Below, in pieces: positions 1 to 10,475 of a stretch of 35,071 nucleotides of DNA. The notes under the pieces are model-generated. The model worked only from the letters and a program-made list of their open reading frames with translations. It ran no database searches and had not been told where the DNA came from. The stretch lies in NCBI GenBank assembly GCA_049322915.1, contig JBMOPW010000036.1:195719-230789 (forward strand). The letters are read 5' to 3'. The translations under genes were made by a program, and so were the position numbers. Each line of letters opens with the position of its first letter. Positions within the stretch are counted from its first letter, which is position 1. This DNA is from Candidatus Zhuqueibacterota bacterium (GTDB taxonomy: Bacteria; Zhuqueibacterota; Zhuqueibacteria; Thermofontimicrobiales; Thermofontimicrobiaceae).

Positions 1-1
1 G

Positions 2-2578
2 GGTCAGCGCATCTTCGATGTTTCGCTGGAAGGCTCGGTGGTTCTGAATGATTATGATATTTACGCCGAGGCGGGACACGACGCGGCGACGTGGAAGTCG
101 TATCAGGTCTCTGTGTCGGACGGGCGACTGGACATTGATTTTTCAACAATTTCCGATGCCGCCAAAATATCAGCGATTGAGGTGTTGTCAGCATCAGGGA
201 CTTCGAGCGAGCCTGTTTTGTCCGTGACGCCGACGACGCTGGATTTCGGCGCAGCGACGACAAACATGACGTTCACCGTGAAAAATAGCGGCGGCGGGGA
301 ACTGGACTGGACGGCTGCGGAGAATCCAGCCGAGACCTGGATTACATCGGTGACTCCGGCCAGTGGCAGTCTGGGCGCAGGCGCGAGCCAGACCGTGACC
401 ATGACAGTGGATCGCAGTGGGCTGAGCGAGGGGGATTACAGCGGCATCATCGCGGTCAATTCCAATGGCGGCGCTGCGAATGTGACGGTGCAAATGAACG
501 TCGCCGGTGCAACGCCCACGAATGTCCTGTACGTGAAGCACGCCACGGAAAGTCCCAATGCATGGGCTGGCCGCACGCCAGTCTACACGTCAATCATGGA
601 AGCAGTTGAATCTGCCGGGACCAATTCGGAGATTTGGGTGGCTTCCGGCCTGTTTATCGAAAATGTTGAATTGACTCCGGATCTGCGACTGTACGGCGGC
701 TTCGAAGGCGATGAAAATTCGGTCGGGGAACGCGGAAACGTGTTGGAGAATATTTCCAGAACAACGATCGATGGCTCGAATTTGAGCTGGTGCATCAAAG
801 CAGCCTCCAATGTGGTGATCGAAGGATTCAAATTGATCAATGGCAATCCTGTAGACGAAGGCCGGGGAGGCGGCATACTCGTGGAAAATGTGACGAACGT
901 GACCATCCGAAATATGTTCATCCAGTCGTGTCAGGCGAGTTGGGGCGCGGGCATCATGGTGGATGCTGTTGACCTTGTCGGGAATATTCTCATCGAACAG
1001 GTTGTGATTTGGGACAGCACATCCCCGTGCGGCGCACTCGAAATTAATGAAGAATCCAGGGTGACCGTGGAGGTTCGCAACTGCACTATTGTTCAGAACA
1101 CATCGTATGGGCTGGAGATCCCGTGGCACGAAGGCATCGAGGTGGCCAATCCCAAGCATAAATTTTACAATTGCATCGTGTATGGCAATTTCAACACGCG
1201 GGTCCCGAACAGCGATAATCCGGATGTGTGGACCTGGGCGCGCGATTACACGGATTATTCCTACATTGGAGGCGAGCCGTGGGAAGCGGATCCGGGGCGC
1301 TGGGGCGCTCCGTTGCCCAACAATATGTTTGAAATTAATGTCGGCGATCCGCTGTTCGCGGATGCCGCGAATGGCGATTTTCACCTGCTACCTTCATCGC
1401 CCTGCATTGGCGCAGGAATGGATGGCCTGGATATAGGCGCCTATCCCTACAGTTCAACGCCCAATACCGACATTGCAGTCAGCAGGCCTTCCATTCAGTT
1501 CCATGCAGTCATCGGCGGGCCAAATCCGGTCGGCCAGGCCGTTCAGGTGACAGGCCGTTCCGGGAATGTCGTGAACTGGACAGCCACCACGACCCTCTCA
1601 AAACCCTGGCGCATCAACAATACCAGCGGCGGGTCCGGCGATAGTTTGTCAGTCTTTGTGGATATTCAGGGATTACCGGTAGGAACCTATAAATCCAGCG
1701 TGCGCATCAGCGATGGCGCCACGACGCCAGTTATTGTGCCGATTTCGCTCATCGTCGCCGGCGATCCGTCAAAAGCGGTCCTGACGCAGTGGCAGGCCGA
1801 GACCAGCGCTTCGCTCCCGAACAGCGGCTGGGAAATCGGCGACAGGGAAGGGCAGACGTTTATCAAGGCGCAGCCCAACCCGACAGAGCCTGCCTCCGAA
1901 ACCAGCCGAATTGATTTTATATTCGATGCGCCGAACGGATTGACGACAGTGTATGTGTTCGGTGAAATTGAGTCGGAACATCCGGACGTGAATGATGGTC
2001 TCATTGTAAAAATGAACGGCTCGCAACAGAAACATTGGCGCAGCCCGGCTGGCACGTCAGAAAGTTGGCAGCGCTGCTGGTTGACCGAGCGTCAGGGCGT
2101 TCTGCCCGCTGCGTTGGCGGTGAAACCCGGCCAAAATAGGCTGAGCCTCTATCCCGGTCAGCATGTCACGCGAGTCAATTGGCTGGTCATTGCCACCGAT
2201 CCATCGCTGAATATTGGCGAATACAAATTGACCGGCAGCGCGTCGCAGGCGCTGTCCCCGGCACAGGATTCACCGGAAAGCCCCAGCCCATCGACGCCGG
2301 ATCAATTTACATTGAATCAGAACTATCCCAATCCATTCAATCCAACCACGGTCATTGCGTTCGAAATTCCGGTGGATTGCCAGGTGCAATTTGTGATTTA
2401 TAATTCGCTGGGTCAGGAAGTGAAGCAACTGGTCAATGCGTTCCACGCGACCGGGCGCTACACCCTGATTTGGAACGGCACGGATGCCAACGATCAAACT
2501 GTCGGGAACGGCATTTATGTTGGCTATCTGCGCGCCGGCGATTATGTGAAGTCTATAAAAATGACACTCATACAATAG
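2..2578 (+). CDS. Secreted multidomain protein, 5'-partial: malectin C-terminal part, BACON, right-handed beta-helix (pectin-lyase-like), second BACON-like domain, FlgD/T9SS-type C-terminal domain
   Basis: Frame is open from nt 2 (GQRIFDVSLEG...DYDIYAEAG...AKISAIEV, malectin-like). LSVTPTTLDFG...VKNSGGGELDW...W...VTPASG is BACON. DPLFADAANGDFHLLPSSPCIGAG...DIGAY is a beta-helix tail. Ends with LNQNYPNPFNPTT...WNGTD...GIY. Confidence 0.85.
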   Translation, partial: GQRIFDVSLEGSVVLNDYDIYAEAGHDAATWKSYQVSVSDGRLDIDFSTISDAAKISAIEVLSASGTSSEPVLSVTPTTLDFGAATTNMTFTVKNSGGGELDWTAAENPAETWITSVTPASGSLGAGASQTVTMTVDRSGLSEGDYSGIIAVNSNGGAANVTVQMNVAGATPTNVLYVKHATESPNAWAGRTPVYTSIMEAVESAGTNSEIWVASGLFIENVELTPDLRLYGGFEGDENSVGERGNVLENISRTTIDGSNLSWCIKAASNVVIEGFKLINGNPVDEGRGGGILVENVTNVTIRNMFIQSCQASWGAGIMVDAVDLVGNILIEQVVIWDSTSPCGALEINEESRVTVEVRNCTIVQNTSYGLEIPWHEGIEVANPKHKFYNCIVYGNFNTRVPNSDNPDVWTWARDYTDYSYIGGEPWEADPGRWGAPLPNNMFEINVGDPLFADAANGDFHLLPSSPCIGAGMDGLDIGAYPYSSTPNTDIAVSRPSIQFHAVIGGPNPVGQAVQVTGRSGNVVNWTATTTLSKPWRINNTSGGSGDSLSVFVDIQGLPVGTYKSSVRISDGATTPVIVPISLIVAGDPSKAVLTQWQAETSASLPNSGWEIGDREGQTFIKAQPNPTEPASETSRIDFIFDAPNGLTTVYVFGEIESEHPDVNDGLIVKMNGSQQKHWRSPAGTSESWQRCWLTERQGVLPAALAVKPGQNRLSLYPGQHVTRVNWLVIATDPSLNIGEYKLTGSASQALSPAQDSPESPSPSTPDQFTLNQNYPNPFNPTTVIAFEIPVDCQVQFVIYNSLGQEVKQLVNAFHATGRYTLIWNGTDANDQTVGNGIYVGYLRAGDYVKSIKMTLIQ

Positions 2579-2584
2579 ACTTTT

Positions 2585-2718
2585 AATATGAATGACCAGT
2601 TGAAAGCATGTGTAATAAATTCGATACTTTTGTATCTGTAGTGGATGGTCGCGACCGTCCACTACGCGTATGTCCAATAATAATATAAGCGACAAAATTT
2701 TTACTGGTCATTCATATT
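2585..2718. repeat. Intergenic inverted-repeat structure with central GTAG-type REP palindrome
   Basis: Perfect 16-bp IR aatatgaatgaccagt (2585-2600) / actggtcattcatatt (2703-2718) enclosing gtagtggatggtcgcgaccgtccactac (2638-2665). Confidence 0.7.
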
Positions 2719-2912
2719 TATAGTAGTTATTCAGATTCAAAATTCTAAAGTTGCCAGTTCAAGGTTTGCGAGAGATGAAAATTGGACAAACTCAAGCAAT
2801 TCAAGCCCGGCAACCAGCGCGGGAATTGACCAGGAAAGGTCATTAACTTTGAATGATGAACCTGACAACCTGAATTGTGTCAACTTATAGTGAAGAAATC
2901 GACGAGGTGAAA

Positions 2913-5900
2913 ATGAAAAAGATCATTCTCATTGTGTTGTCCCTGTTGGCTGTGAGCGCTCTCCGGGCGGAATTGTACATCAATGAATTCATGGCCGATA
3001 ACGACAATATCGTCGTGGACAATGCCGGCGACTACGATGACTGGATTGAGCTATACAACGACTACGACTATGCGGTGCAGCTTTCCGGCTACTATCTGAC
3101 GGACGATTATGGGAATCCCACGCAATGGCCATTGCCCGACGTCTCGATTCCGGCAAAGGGTTATATGATCATTTGGGCCGATGACCAGGCTGACCAGGGC
3201 GCGCTTCACGCCAATTTTAAACTGAGCGCCAACGGCGAGCAAATCGGTCTGTACCACGGCGACGCCTTTTTGGATTCGCTCACCTTTGGCGAGCAGACCA
3301 CGGATGTTTCGTTTGGCCGCTACCCGGACGGCGCGGCTTCCTGGTATTTCATGGCGGAACCCACTCCCGGCGCCGAGAATCGCTACACGAGCACGGAGAT
3401 CACCGAAGCGCCGGTATTTCAGCCCGGGCCCGGTTTTTATACTGACGATATCTCAGTGGAACTGAGCGTTTCTCACCTGGACGCGACCATCCGCTACACC
3501 CTGGATGGCGCAGAGCCGAATCCGGATAGCCCGCTTTACACATCGCCCATTCTGGTGACCGGGACGACCGTCATCCGCGCGAAAACATTTCGCGCCGGCT
3601 ATGATCCCAGCGACATCAGCACCGCTTCCTACATCATCCGGGATGATTTTGACATTGCCACGCTGTCCGTTGTCACTGATCCTGAAAATCTCTGGGATAC
3701 AGAGACCGGCATTTACACCAATTGGGAGGAGAGCGGCGACGAATGGGAGCGATCCGCTTCCATCGAATTTTTCGGGAAGGACGACGCGCTCGAATTCAGC
3801 TACAATGTTGGCCTGCGCATTCACGGCGGTTGGAGCCGAAGTCTGGAGAAAAAAAGTTTTCGCTACTATTTCCGCAGTGAATACGGACAAAGCTGGCTCT
3901 ATTACCAACTGTTCAAAGCCAAAGAGCTTGACCGCTATAAACGATTTGTCACCAGCGCGGCCTTTGGCAATTCATTTTGTCTGGATGATTACGGCACATT
4001 GCTGCGAGATCCGTTGCACCAGCTCCTGGGTCGCCGGCTCGAGCCGGATATCGGATTGGGCACGCATCCGGTGGCGCTGTATTTGAACGGTGAACCCTGG
4101 GGCCTTTACAATGCCATCGAGCACATCGACGACGAAATGCTCGAGACCAACTTCGGCATGACTGAGGCGGACATCATTGAAAATTATGACGAAGCCAAAC
4201 AGGGCAGCGAGGACCGCTTTGATGCGATGATCGCGTTCTTCGAAGCCAACGATTTTGAAAATGACGAGAATTATGAAACTGCCAAAACCATGATTGACAT
4301 GCAGAATTTCACGCGCTACAATGTCATGGAAATTTGGGGCGGAAATCGCGACTGGCCGGATAACAACAACATCGCCTATTGCGGGTATGAAGAGGGCGAC
4401 AGGTGGAAATGGTTCCTCTGGGATTTTGATAAGAGCATGGATTATTTCAGCACCAATTCCCTGGTCAAAGCCATTGATGAAAACACAGCCTGCACCATTA
4501 TTTTGAGGAAGCTGCTGGATAATGAAAATTACAGAAATTACTTCATCAATGAAACGGCTGACGCCTACAACACCATTTTGCTGGCGAGCCGCGTTGTGCC
4601 GGCGATCGATTCCCTGGCCGCGCTGATCCGAAACGACATCTGGTTCGAGGCCGAGCGCTGGGATGGCGATGCGCAAAAGTGGGAAGCGAATGTGGCCGAC
4701 ATGAAAACCTATGCGGAGAATCGGCTGGAATATCTTTACAAATACACGCGGGAGGAATTCGGCATTTCTGCAAATCATACTCTGACGCTCTCTGTCCCGC
4801 AGGGCGGCGCCGGCCGCGTCCGGGTGAACAGCATTTATCTGGCGCAATTCCCCTGGAGCGGCATCTATTTCGACGGCATCCCCATTGAACTGGAGGCAAT
4901 TCCCACGGCCGGATGTCAATTCCGCGAGTGGAGCGATGCCTCGCTGCCCAAAACTCCCACTGTCTCGGTGACCCTCACGCGGGACTATTCCGTCTATCCC
5001 ATTTTCGAATGTTCGGGTCAGACGTCGGGCGTTGTCATCAATGAAATCAATTACAACAGCGCCGGAGAATTCGACGCGGATGATTGGGTGGAGTTGCACA
5101 ACACGTCCGACAATCCTGTCAATGTCAGCAATTGGCATTTCCGCGATGACGACGAAAATCATGATTTCATTTTTCCCGGGGGAACCACAATCCCGGCCCA
5201 CGGCTTTCTGGTGCTGTGCATGGACATGACTAAATTCAGCAGCCTCTTCCCGGGGGTGACACCCATTATCGGCAATGTCGATTTTGGCCTGGGAGGCGGC
5301 GGCGACGACGTCCGAATTTATGATTTCGATATGAATCTGGCGGACTCCGTCACCTACGACGACAGCGCGCCCTGGCCCACGGAGCCGGATGGCGCAGGAG
5401 CTACATTGGAATTATTGGACGCCAACTCGGACAATTCACTTGCTGAAAACTGGGGCGCCAGCCTGGACCACGGCACTCCCGGTCAGTTCAATTCCATCAG
5501 CGCTGCCGGCGCCATTGCTGATCTTCGCGCGTCGGTCCTGGATGACGCCATTTTATTGGAATGGACCGAGCCGGATGGTATGGCTTCCTTCCACGTCTAC
5601 CGCGATACAACGTATAATTTTTCTCCGGATAAAGCGGCTGGCAGCAACCGAATCGGGGAAAGCGTCACAGATCAGGATGGCAGCGCCGCCGGGATTCAAT
5701 GGACAGACACCGGCCAGGGCGCAGATGTGGTCGGCGATGTCTCGACCAATTATTTCTATCGAGTCACCGCCGTTTCCGCGATGGAATACGCGCCCTCCAA
5801 TGTGGCTGGCGAATTCGACTACCAGTTGGTCACCACAAGCGGCACCGATATCAACCGCCTCGTTGTGCTCATGAATACGGCGAATACGCGCTTGCCCATT

Positions 5901-7040
5901 GCCACTGCTGAAGACCTGGCGCAGGCCATTCCCAATTGCACGGATGTTTACTGGTGGGACGCCAGCGGTCAGGGTACGGTCGGCCACGTCAAAGGGCTGC
6001 CGTTCAACAACTTCTCGGTTCAGCCAGGCCATGCTTACTCCGTCAGTGTGACAGAGGATACAGTCTGGACGGTAGCTGGCTCGTACGCCGATGTCAGTTT
6101 CAATCTGGTCACGACCGAGGGCACGGACATCAACCGCATCGGCGTGCCTTTGGCAAAAGCTGCGCTGACCACCGCCGACCAGTTGGGCGCGGATATTCCT
6201 AACTGCACCGATGTCTACCTGTGGGACGCTGTCGGACAGGGGACGCTGGGTCATGTGGTGGGATTGCCATTCAACAATTTTGCCGTGCGCGCCGGCTATG
6301 CCTACGCTGTCAGCATCACAGCGCCGACGGTCTGGCCCGATGACGGCGTGGGCGGTGGGGCGAGCCTGACCCTATCGTCGCCATGCCCTATGAAAGTCGC
6401 CGTGGACGAGGATTTTGTGGAATTTCGGATTCCCCACACCGTCTATGGTGAATATCAACAACCGCGGCCGGGCGCCCGCGTTCCTTCCATTCGCGCCTGG
6501 ATGTTGAGCCGTCCCCACGAAGTGCTGACGGACGCCAATTTCGGCATTGGCGTTGAAAAAAATCAGTGGTGGGTTGGCGTGAGCAACTTCGTCACCAAAT
6601 GGGAGGTCGGCGACAGTCTGATGGTGGAGATTTTCAATAAAGACAGCGAAACCTGTGGTTCGACCCTGGTCGTTTTGAGCAATGCCGGCTCCGACAATGC
6701 CGGGCGCATCCTGCTGACCGGCGTGAGCGACGAATCCGGAGAAGACCGCGTTGCGCTGCCGGGCCAATTTGCCCTGCGGCAGAATTATCCCAATCCATTT
6801 AATCCGTCCACAACGATCGCGTTCGATCTGCCGGTCGATTGCATGGTGACGTTCACGATTCACAATGCCAGGGCGCAGCTCGTCACTCGCTTGATCGAAA
6901 AAGAAGTCTCCGCCGGCCAGCACACGGTGCAATGGAATGCCGCCGATGAAAAAGGCCGGCCCGTTCAAAACGGCGTCTATTTTGGCACGCTGACCGCCGG
7001 TGAGTTCAGTCGCACAATCAAAATGATTGTGGTGAAATGA
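2913..7040 (+). CDS. Secreted CotH-family kinase with two lamin-tail domains, Fn3-associated/chitobiase C-terminal domain and FlgD/T9SS-type C-terminal domain
   Basis: RBS gaggtg then ATG 2913 with signal peptide MKKIILIVLSLLAVSALRA. LYINEFMADN...DWIELYN and VVINEINYN...DWVELHN are lamin tails. IRYTLDGAEP is Fn3-associated. LYLNGEPWGLY, GNRDWPDNN and WKWFLWDFD are CotH motifs. QNYPNPFNPSTT marks the CTD. Confidence 0.9.
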   Translation: MKKIILIVLSLLAVSALRAELYINEFMADNDNIVVDNAGDYDDWIELYNDYDYAVQLSGYYLTDDYGNPTQWPLPDVSIPAKGYMIIWADDQADQGALHANFKLSANGEQIGLYHGDAFLDSLTFGEQTTDVSFGRYPDGAASWYFMAEPTPGAENRYTSTEITEAPVFQPGPGFYTDDISVELSVSHLDATIRYTLDGAEPNPDSPLYTSPILVTGTTVIRAKTFRAGYDPSDISTASYIIRDDFDIATLSVVTDPENLWDTETGIYTNWEESGDEWERSASIEFFGKDDALEFSYNVGLRIHGGWSRSLEKKSFRYYFRSEYGQSWLYYQLFKAKELDRYKRFVTSAAFGNSFCLDDYGTLLRDPLHQLLGRRLEPDIGLGTHPVALYLNGEPWGLYNAIEHIDDEMLETNFGMTEADIIENYDEAKQGSEDRFDAMIAFFEANDFENDENYETAKTMIDMQNFTRYNVMEIWGGNRDWPDNNNIAYCGYEEGDRWKWFLWDFDKSMDYFSTNSLVKAIDENTACTIILRKLLDNENYRNYFINETADAYNTILLASRVVPAIDSLAALIRNDIWFEAERWDGDAQKWEANVADMKTYAENRLEYLYKYTREEFGISANHTLTLSVPQGGAGRVRVNSIYLAQFPWSGIYFDGIPIELEAIPTAGCQFREWSDASLPKTPTVSVTLTRDYSVYPIFECSGQTSGVVINEINYNSAGEFDADDWVELHNTSDNPVNVSNWHFRDDDENHDFIFPGGTTIPAHGFLVLCMDMTKFSSLFPGVTPIIGNVDFGLGGGGDDVRIYDFDMNLADSVTYDDSAPWPTEPDGAGATLELLDANSDNSLAENWGASLDHGTPGQFNSISAAGAIADLRASVLDDAILLEWTEPDGMASFHVYRDTTYNFSPDKAAGSNRIGESVTDQDGSAAGIQWTDTGQGADVVGDVSTNYFYRVTAVSAMEYAPSNVAGEFDYQLVTTSGTDINRLVVLMNTANTRLPIATAEDLAQAIPNCTDVYWWDASGQGTVGHVKGLPFNNFSVQPGHAYSVSVTEDTVWTVAGSYADVSFNLVTTEGTDINRIGVPLAKAALTTADQLGADIPNCTDVYLWDAVGQGTLGHVVGLPFNNFAVRAGYAYAVSITAPTVWPDDGVGGGASLTLSSPCPMKVAVDEDFVEFRIPHTVYGEYQQPRPGARVPSIRAWMLSRPHEVLTDANFGIGVEKNQWWVGVSNFVTKWEVGDSLMVEIFNKDSETCGSTLVVLSNAGSDNAGRILLTGVSDESGEDRVALPGQFALRQNYPNPFNPSTTIAFDLPVDCMVTFTIHNARAQLVTRLIEKEVSAGQHTVQWNAADEKGRPVQNGVYFGTLTAGEFSRTIKMIVVK

Positions 7041-7052
7041 GTTGCAACAACG

Positions 7053-7095
7053 GGTCATTCGCTCGCTCCCGAAGCGAATGGCCGGTTTCACTTTC
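7053..7095 (+). terminator. Putative intrinsic terminator
   Basis: Hairpin ggtcattcgct...agcgaatggcc followed by a T-rich tract, just after the CotH gene stop. Confidence 0.45.
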
Positions 7096-7426
7096 GCCGC
7101 AGGATTTTCCCCGGCCTTCCGCTTCAATGCTGCATTAACAAAATGACAATCACACGCCAACAATTCATCTGCTGCCTGCGCTGTGCAAGTATGGCCGGGC
7201 AGTTACCATTTTTTCATATTGACATTGCTGCATAGATTTTGTATGTTAGCGGTTTCGTAATTCATTCCCGGGTTGACTCTAAAACTCATTTGATACGTTG
7301 GGTATGATATCTTTTCCATGTCAAATATGACGTGGCAATTCTTTGAAAAAGTTTAAAGTTAGATAAACTGAACAGCCCCGATTTTTAAGTCGGGGAACAG
7401 ACCTGAATCATCAAAAGGGAGCAGTC

Positions 7427-8482
7427 ATGACGAGTCGGGAGATTGTCATCAACACCATTCGTTTCAAAGGCGCAGAGCGTCTGCCCTATGATTTCCCGGA
7501 GAAATACGGCAGCGACTTCGTGTGGGTCGGCATGTCACCGTCCCCGGACGATCGGCCCCGGCGCGGCGTGGATGAATGGGGCGCTGTGTGGGAGAATATT
7601 GGCGAGATGTCCCTCGGCGAAGTGAAGGATTTTCCCCTGAAGCGCTGGTCCGATTTTGACAGGCTGAAAATACCGGACATCAACGAGCCGCGGCGCTGGC
7701 AGGCGATAAAGCAGGTTCGCGCCGGGCATCCGGATAAATTCATCCTGGCTCACGGCATTTCCATTTACGAACGGGTGCACTTCATCCGCGGCCTGGAAAA
7801 CACCTGGATGGATATTTACGACGCCACCGAAAACCTGGGTCGGCTCATCGATATTCTGGTGGACATGAATCTGGTGGCCATTCGTAACTATGCGGACGCA
7901 GGCATCGACGGCTACATTTTCCCGGACGATTGGGGCTTGCAGGATAAACTGATGATTTCCCCGGCAGCCTGGCGCCAGATCTGGAAGCCGCGCTACGCCC
8001 GGATTTTCGAGGCAGCCCATCGCGCCGGCCTGCTGACGTTCCTGCACAGTTGCGGCCACATCGTCGATATTCTGGATGATCTCATCGAAATCGGGCTGGA
8101 CGTGATTCACATGGATCAGCAGGAAAATATGGGGATCAAATTATTGGGCGAGCGATTCGGCGGGCGCATCACGTTCTTCTCTCCGGTGGATATTCAGAAT
8201 ACGATGGTGCGCGGCTCACTGGAAGATATCCGTCAGTACTGCCGCGATATGGCGACCTGTCTGGGCCGGCCGAACGGCGGGTTCATCCCCCGATGGTACA
8301 GTGACCCGATCGCTGCCGGACACCGTCCGGAAGCCATAGACGCCATGTGCGAGGAGTTTCTGCTAATAGCTATCAGCCATCAGCTATCAGCGCTCAGCGA
8401 AAAGAATAGCCAGATCGTTCAGGAGATTCCTCCTGAACAGATACTAAATTCGGACATTCGTCCGAAGACGATTAATGAATGA
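7427..8482 (+). CDS. Uroporphyrinogen decarboxylase (URO-D/MtaA-CmuA) family protein
   Basis: DEWGAVW, RGLENTWMD, DDWGLQDKLMISP, FLHSCGHI, DLIEIGLD and GGFI motifs; RBS ggag. Confidence 0.85.
   Translation: MTSREIVINTIRFKGAERLPYDFPEKYGSDFVWVGMSPSPDDRPRRGVDEWGAVWENIGEMSLGEVKDFPLKRWSDFDRLKIPDINEPRRWQAIKQVRAGHPDKFILAHGISIYERVHFIRGLENTWMDIYDATENLGRLIDILVDMNLVAIRNYADAGIDGYIFPDDWGLQDKLMISPAAWRQIWKPRYARIFEAAHRAGLLTFLHSCGHIVDILDDLIEIGLDVIHMDQQENMGIKLLGERFGGRITFFSPVDIQNTMVRGSLEDIRQYCRDMATCLGRPNGGFIPRWYSDPIAAGHRPEAIDAMCEEFLLIAISHQLSALSEKNSQIVQEIPPEQILNSDIRPKTINE
8371..8398 (+). repeat. Heptamer tandem repeat (nnTCAGC)x4 in the 3' end of the URO-D gene
   Basis: tatcagc catcagc tatcagc gctcagc. Confidence 0.7.
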
Positions 8483-8504
8483 GTAATTCTGAAACAGAGG
8501 AATC

Positions 8505-9197
8505 ATGACCATAAAAATATTGGAATTGATAACCGGCGCCAAACAGGCCGCCGGGTTGACCGTCATCATCGATGTGTTTCGCGCGTTCACAACCGAATGT
8601 TATGTTTTCAACAATGGGGCGGAAAAGATATTCCCGGTGGGGGACATCGACATTGCCTATCGTCTTAAAAAAGAGAATCCGGATTATGTGCTCATGGGCG
8701 AACGGGGCGGCGTCATTCAGCCGGGCTTCGATTTCGGTAACTCACCGGCGTTGATTGAACACGTGGATTTTACTGGCAAGACGGTCGTGCACACCACCAG
8801 CGCCGGCACTCAGGGAATTGCAAACGCCACCAACGCCGATGAAATCATCACCGGAAGTTTTGTCAATGCCGGGGCCGTTGCAGCGTACATTCGACGGAGA
8901 GCGCCCGGACAGGTCTCCCTCGTTGCCATGGGCCACGCCGGCGTTCGGCCAACCGACGAGGACTCCCTGCTCGCCATGTATCTGAAAAATGAACTGGAAA
9001 ACCAGCCAAACGATTTCGGCAGGATTGTGGACCATTTGAAAACGTATGAAAGCGCTCAGAAATTTTTCAACCCGGTAATTGACTGGGCGCCGGAGCGGGA
9101 TTTTGAGCTATGCATGAGCCTGAACCGATTTGACTTTGTGCTAAGATCGGAAGCAAATGAGGCTGGGTTGGTGGTGTTGAGGAGAATTACTGTTTGA
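8505..9197 (+). CDS. comB: 2-phosphosulfolactate phosphatase family protein
   Basis: VIIDVFRAFTT, LMGERGG...GFDFGNSP, HTTSAGT, GSFVNA and ED motifs of ComB. Confidence 0.9.
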   Translation: MTIKILELITGAKQAAGLTVIIDVFRAFTTECYVFNNGAEKIFPVGDIDIAYRLKKENPDYVLMGERGGVIQPGFDFGNSPALIEHVDFTGKTVVHTTSAGTQGIANATNADEIITGSFVNAGAVAAYIRRRAPGQVSLVAMGHAGVRPTDEDSLLAMYLKNELENQPNDFGRIVDHLKTYESAQKFFNPVIDWAPERDFELCMSLNRFDFVLRSEANEAGLVVLRRITV

Positions 9198-9353
9198 CAA
9201 TTAAATTTAAATCAGAGGGTTAGTGAAATCTAATTTAACCAAAATTATCAGCCTGGTTCCATACGACGATAATAGATATTGAACAAACTCATCATCTTAT
9301 TTCCAATGAAAATTATACTTGCTTTTAGTTCACAAAAATGTTAACTTTTGGCC

Positions 9354-9698
9354 ATGAGAGAAATAAAATTCTATCGTACTTCAAGTGGAAAATGCCCGGT
9401 TGAAGATTTCCTGGACCTTCTGAATGACCAACAGGTAAAAAAAGTATTGTGGGTGCTAAAATTAGTGAAGGAGTTGGAGATTGTCCCGAAAGAGTATTTT
9501 AAGAAGTTAGCTGGAATTGATAACATTTGGGAGGTCAGAATAGTTACCGGTAGAAATCTTTATCGGATATTAGGTTTTTTTGATGGCAGCGAATTTGTCG
9601 TATTAACCAATGCGTTTGCAAAAAAGAGTCAAAAAATACCTAGAAAAGAAATACAGTTGGCAGAGCAGCGTAGAAGAGACTACCTTGAAAGGAAATAA
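9354..9698 (+). CDS. Type II TA toxin, RelE/ParE (phage Gp49-like) family
   Basis: [15 protein letters not shown]...IWEVRI...YRILGF...[24 protein letters not shown]. Confidence 0.9.
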   Translation: MREIKFYRTSSGKCPVEDFLDLLNDQQVKKVLWVLKLVKELEIVPKEYFKKLAGIDNIWEVRIVTGRNLYRILGFFDGSEFVVLTNAFAKKSQKIPRKEIQLAEQRRRDYLERK

Positions 9699-9700
9699 AA

Positions 9701-9976
9701 ATGGATGATTTGGAAAAATATATTCAAAAACGAAAAGACAATAATTCTGTTTTTGCACAGGAGTTTGAAGAAGGATATGAAAATATAAAAATTGGATTAC
9801 TGCTGAAGAGAGCACGTGAGGAAGCCGGGATCACACAGGAAGAATTGGCACAAAAGCTGAATACAAAGAAATCTGCAATTTCCAGAATTGAAAATCATTC
9901 TGAAGATATTCGACTTTCTACGATTAAAAATTACGTTGAAGCCGTGGGCAAGAAGCTTCATTTGTCTATTTCTTAA
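9701..9976 (+). CDS. XRE-family HTH antitoxin
   Basis: [31 protein letters not shown]; immediately downstream of the toxin. Confidence 0.9.
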   Translation: MDDLEKYIQKRKDNNSVFAQEFEEGYENIKIGLLLKRAREEAGITQEELAQKLNTKKSAISRIENHSEDIRLSTIKNYVEAVGKKLHLSIS

Positions 9977-10234
9977 AATCAAATTAACCCTACAACGTCA
10001 TTTAGCAAGTTTATGGCAATATAATGTATGTATTATCATTTACAAATACCATATCTTGAGCTAATAAAGCCATGTGACGTAGTAGGGTTAATTGAAAAGC
10101 AGCGGTCGCCGAGGGCGCAGAGAAATGACCAGATTCGTACAACATTCCACATTTCTTTTAGGGTAACTTGTCATGCCCGATTATCCCACAAATGCGGGAA
10201 ACCCTCCAAAAAATTAAGAAATGGAATACTAAGT

Positions 10235-10461
10235 TCCCCTGTTTAAAGAACTGTTTTTGCCGTTGATAAAACAGGATTGGCTGCAGGTGATACGCATCGC
10301 AAATATCAGAAACAGGTTTGTGGTCGAGTAAGTGTTCTTTTAAAATTTTTACTTTTTGTTCCTGTGTAAATGTTCGTCGGTTCTTAGCCATGGATTTTCC
10401 TCCGTTTTGAATTTTTCTAATATAACAATTACTGAGGAAAATTCCAATTCCATCTGAAGCA
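10235..10461 (-). mobile_element. IS3-family remnant (left end plus truncated orfA, ATG at 10391)
   Basis: RRTFTQEQKVKILKEHLLDHKPVSDICDAYHLQP..FYQ.QKQFF is an IS3 OrfA HTH. Putative left end TGCTTCAGATGGAATTGG starts at 10461. No orfB is present. Confidence 0.7.
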
Positions 10462-10475
10462 TTATACCGGGAGAT

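Noticed and set aside
3972..7163. Long antisense ORFs (409, 233 and 263 aa; likewise 18335-19564 and 590-1384)
   Set aside because: Shadow frames of GC-rich genes on the opposite strand, with no recognisable motifs.
9200..10150. RelE/HTH TA pair as an orphan gene cassette
   Set aside because: No attC-like palindrome was found downstream of 9976.
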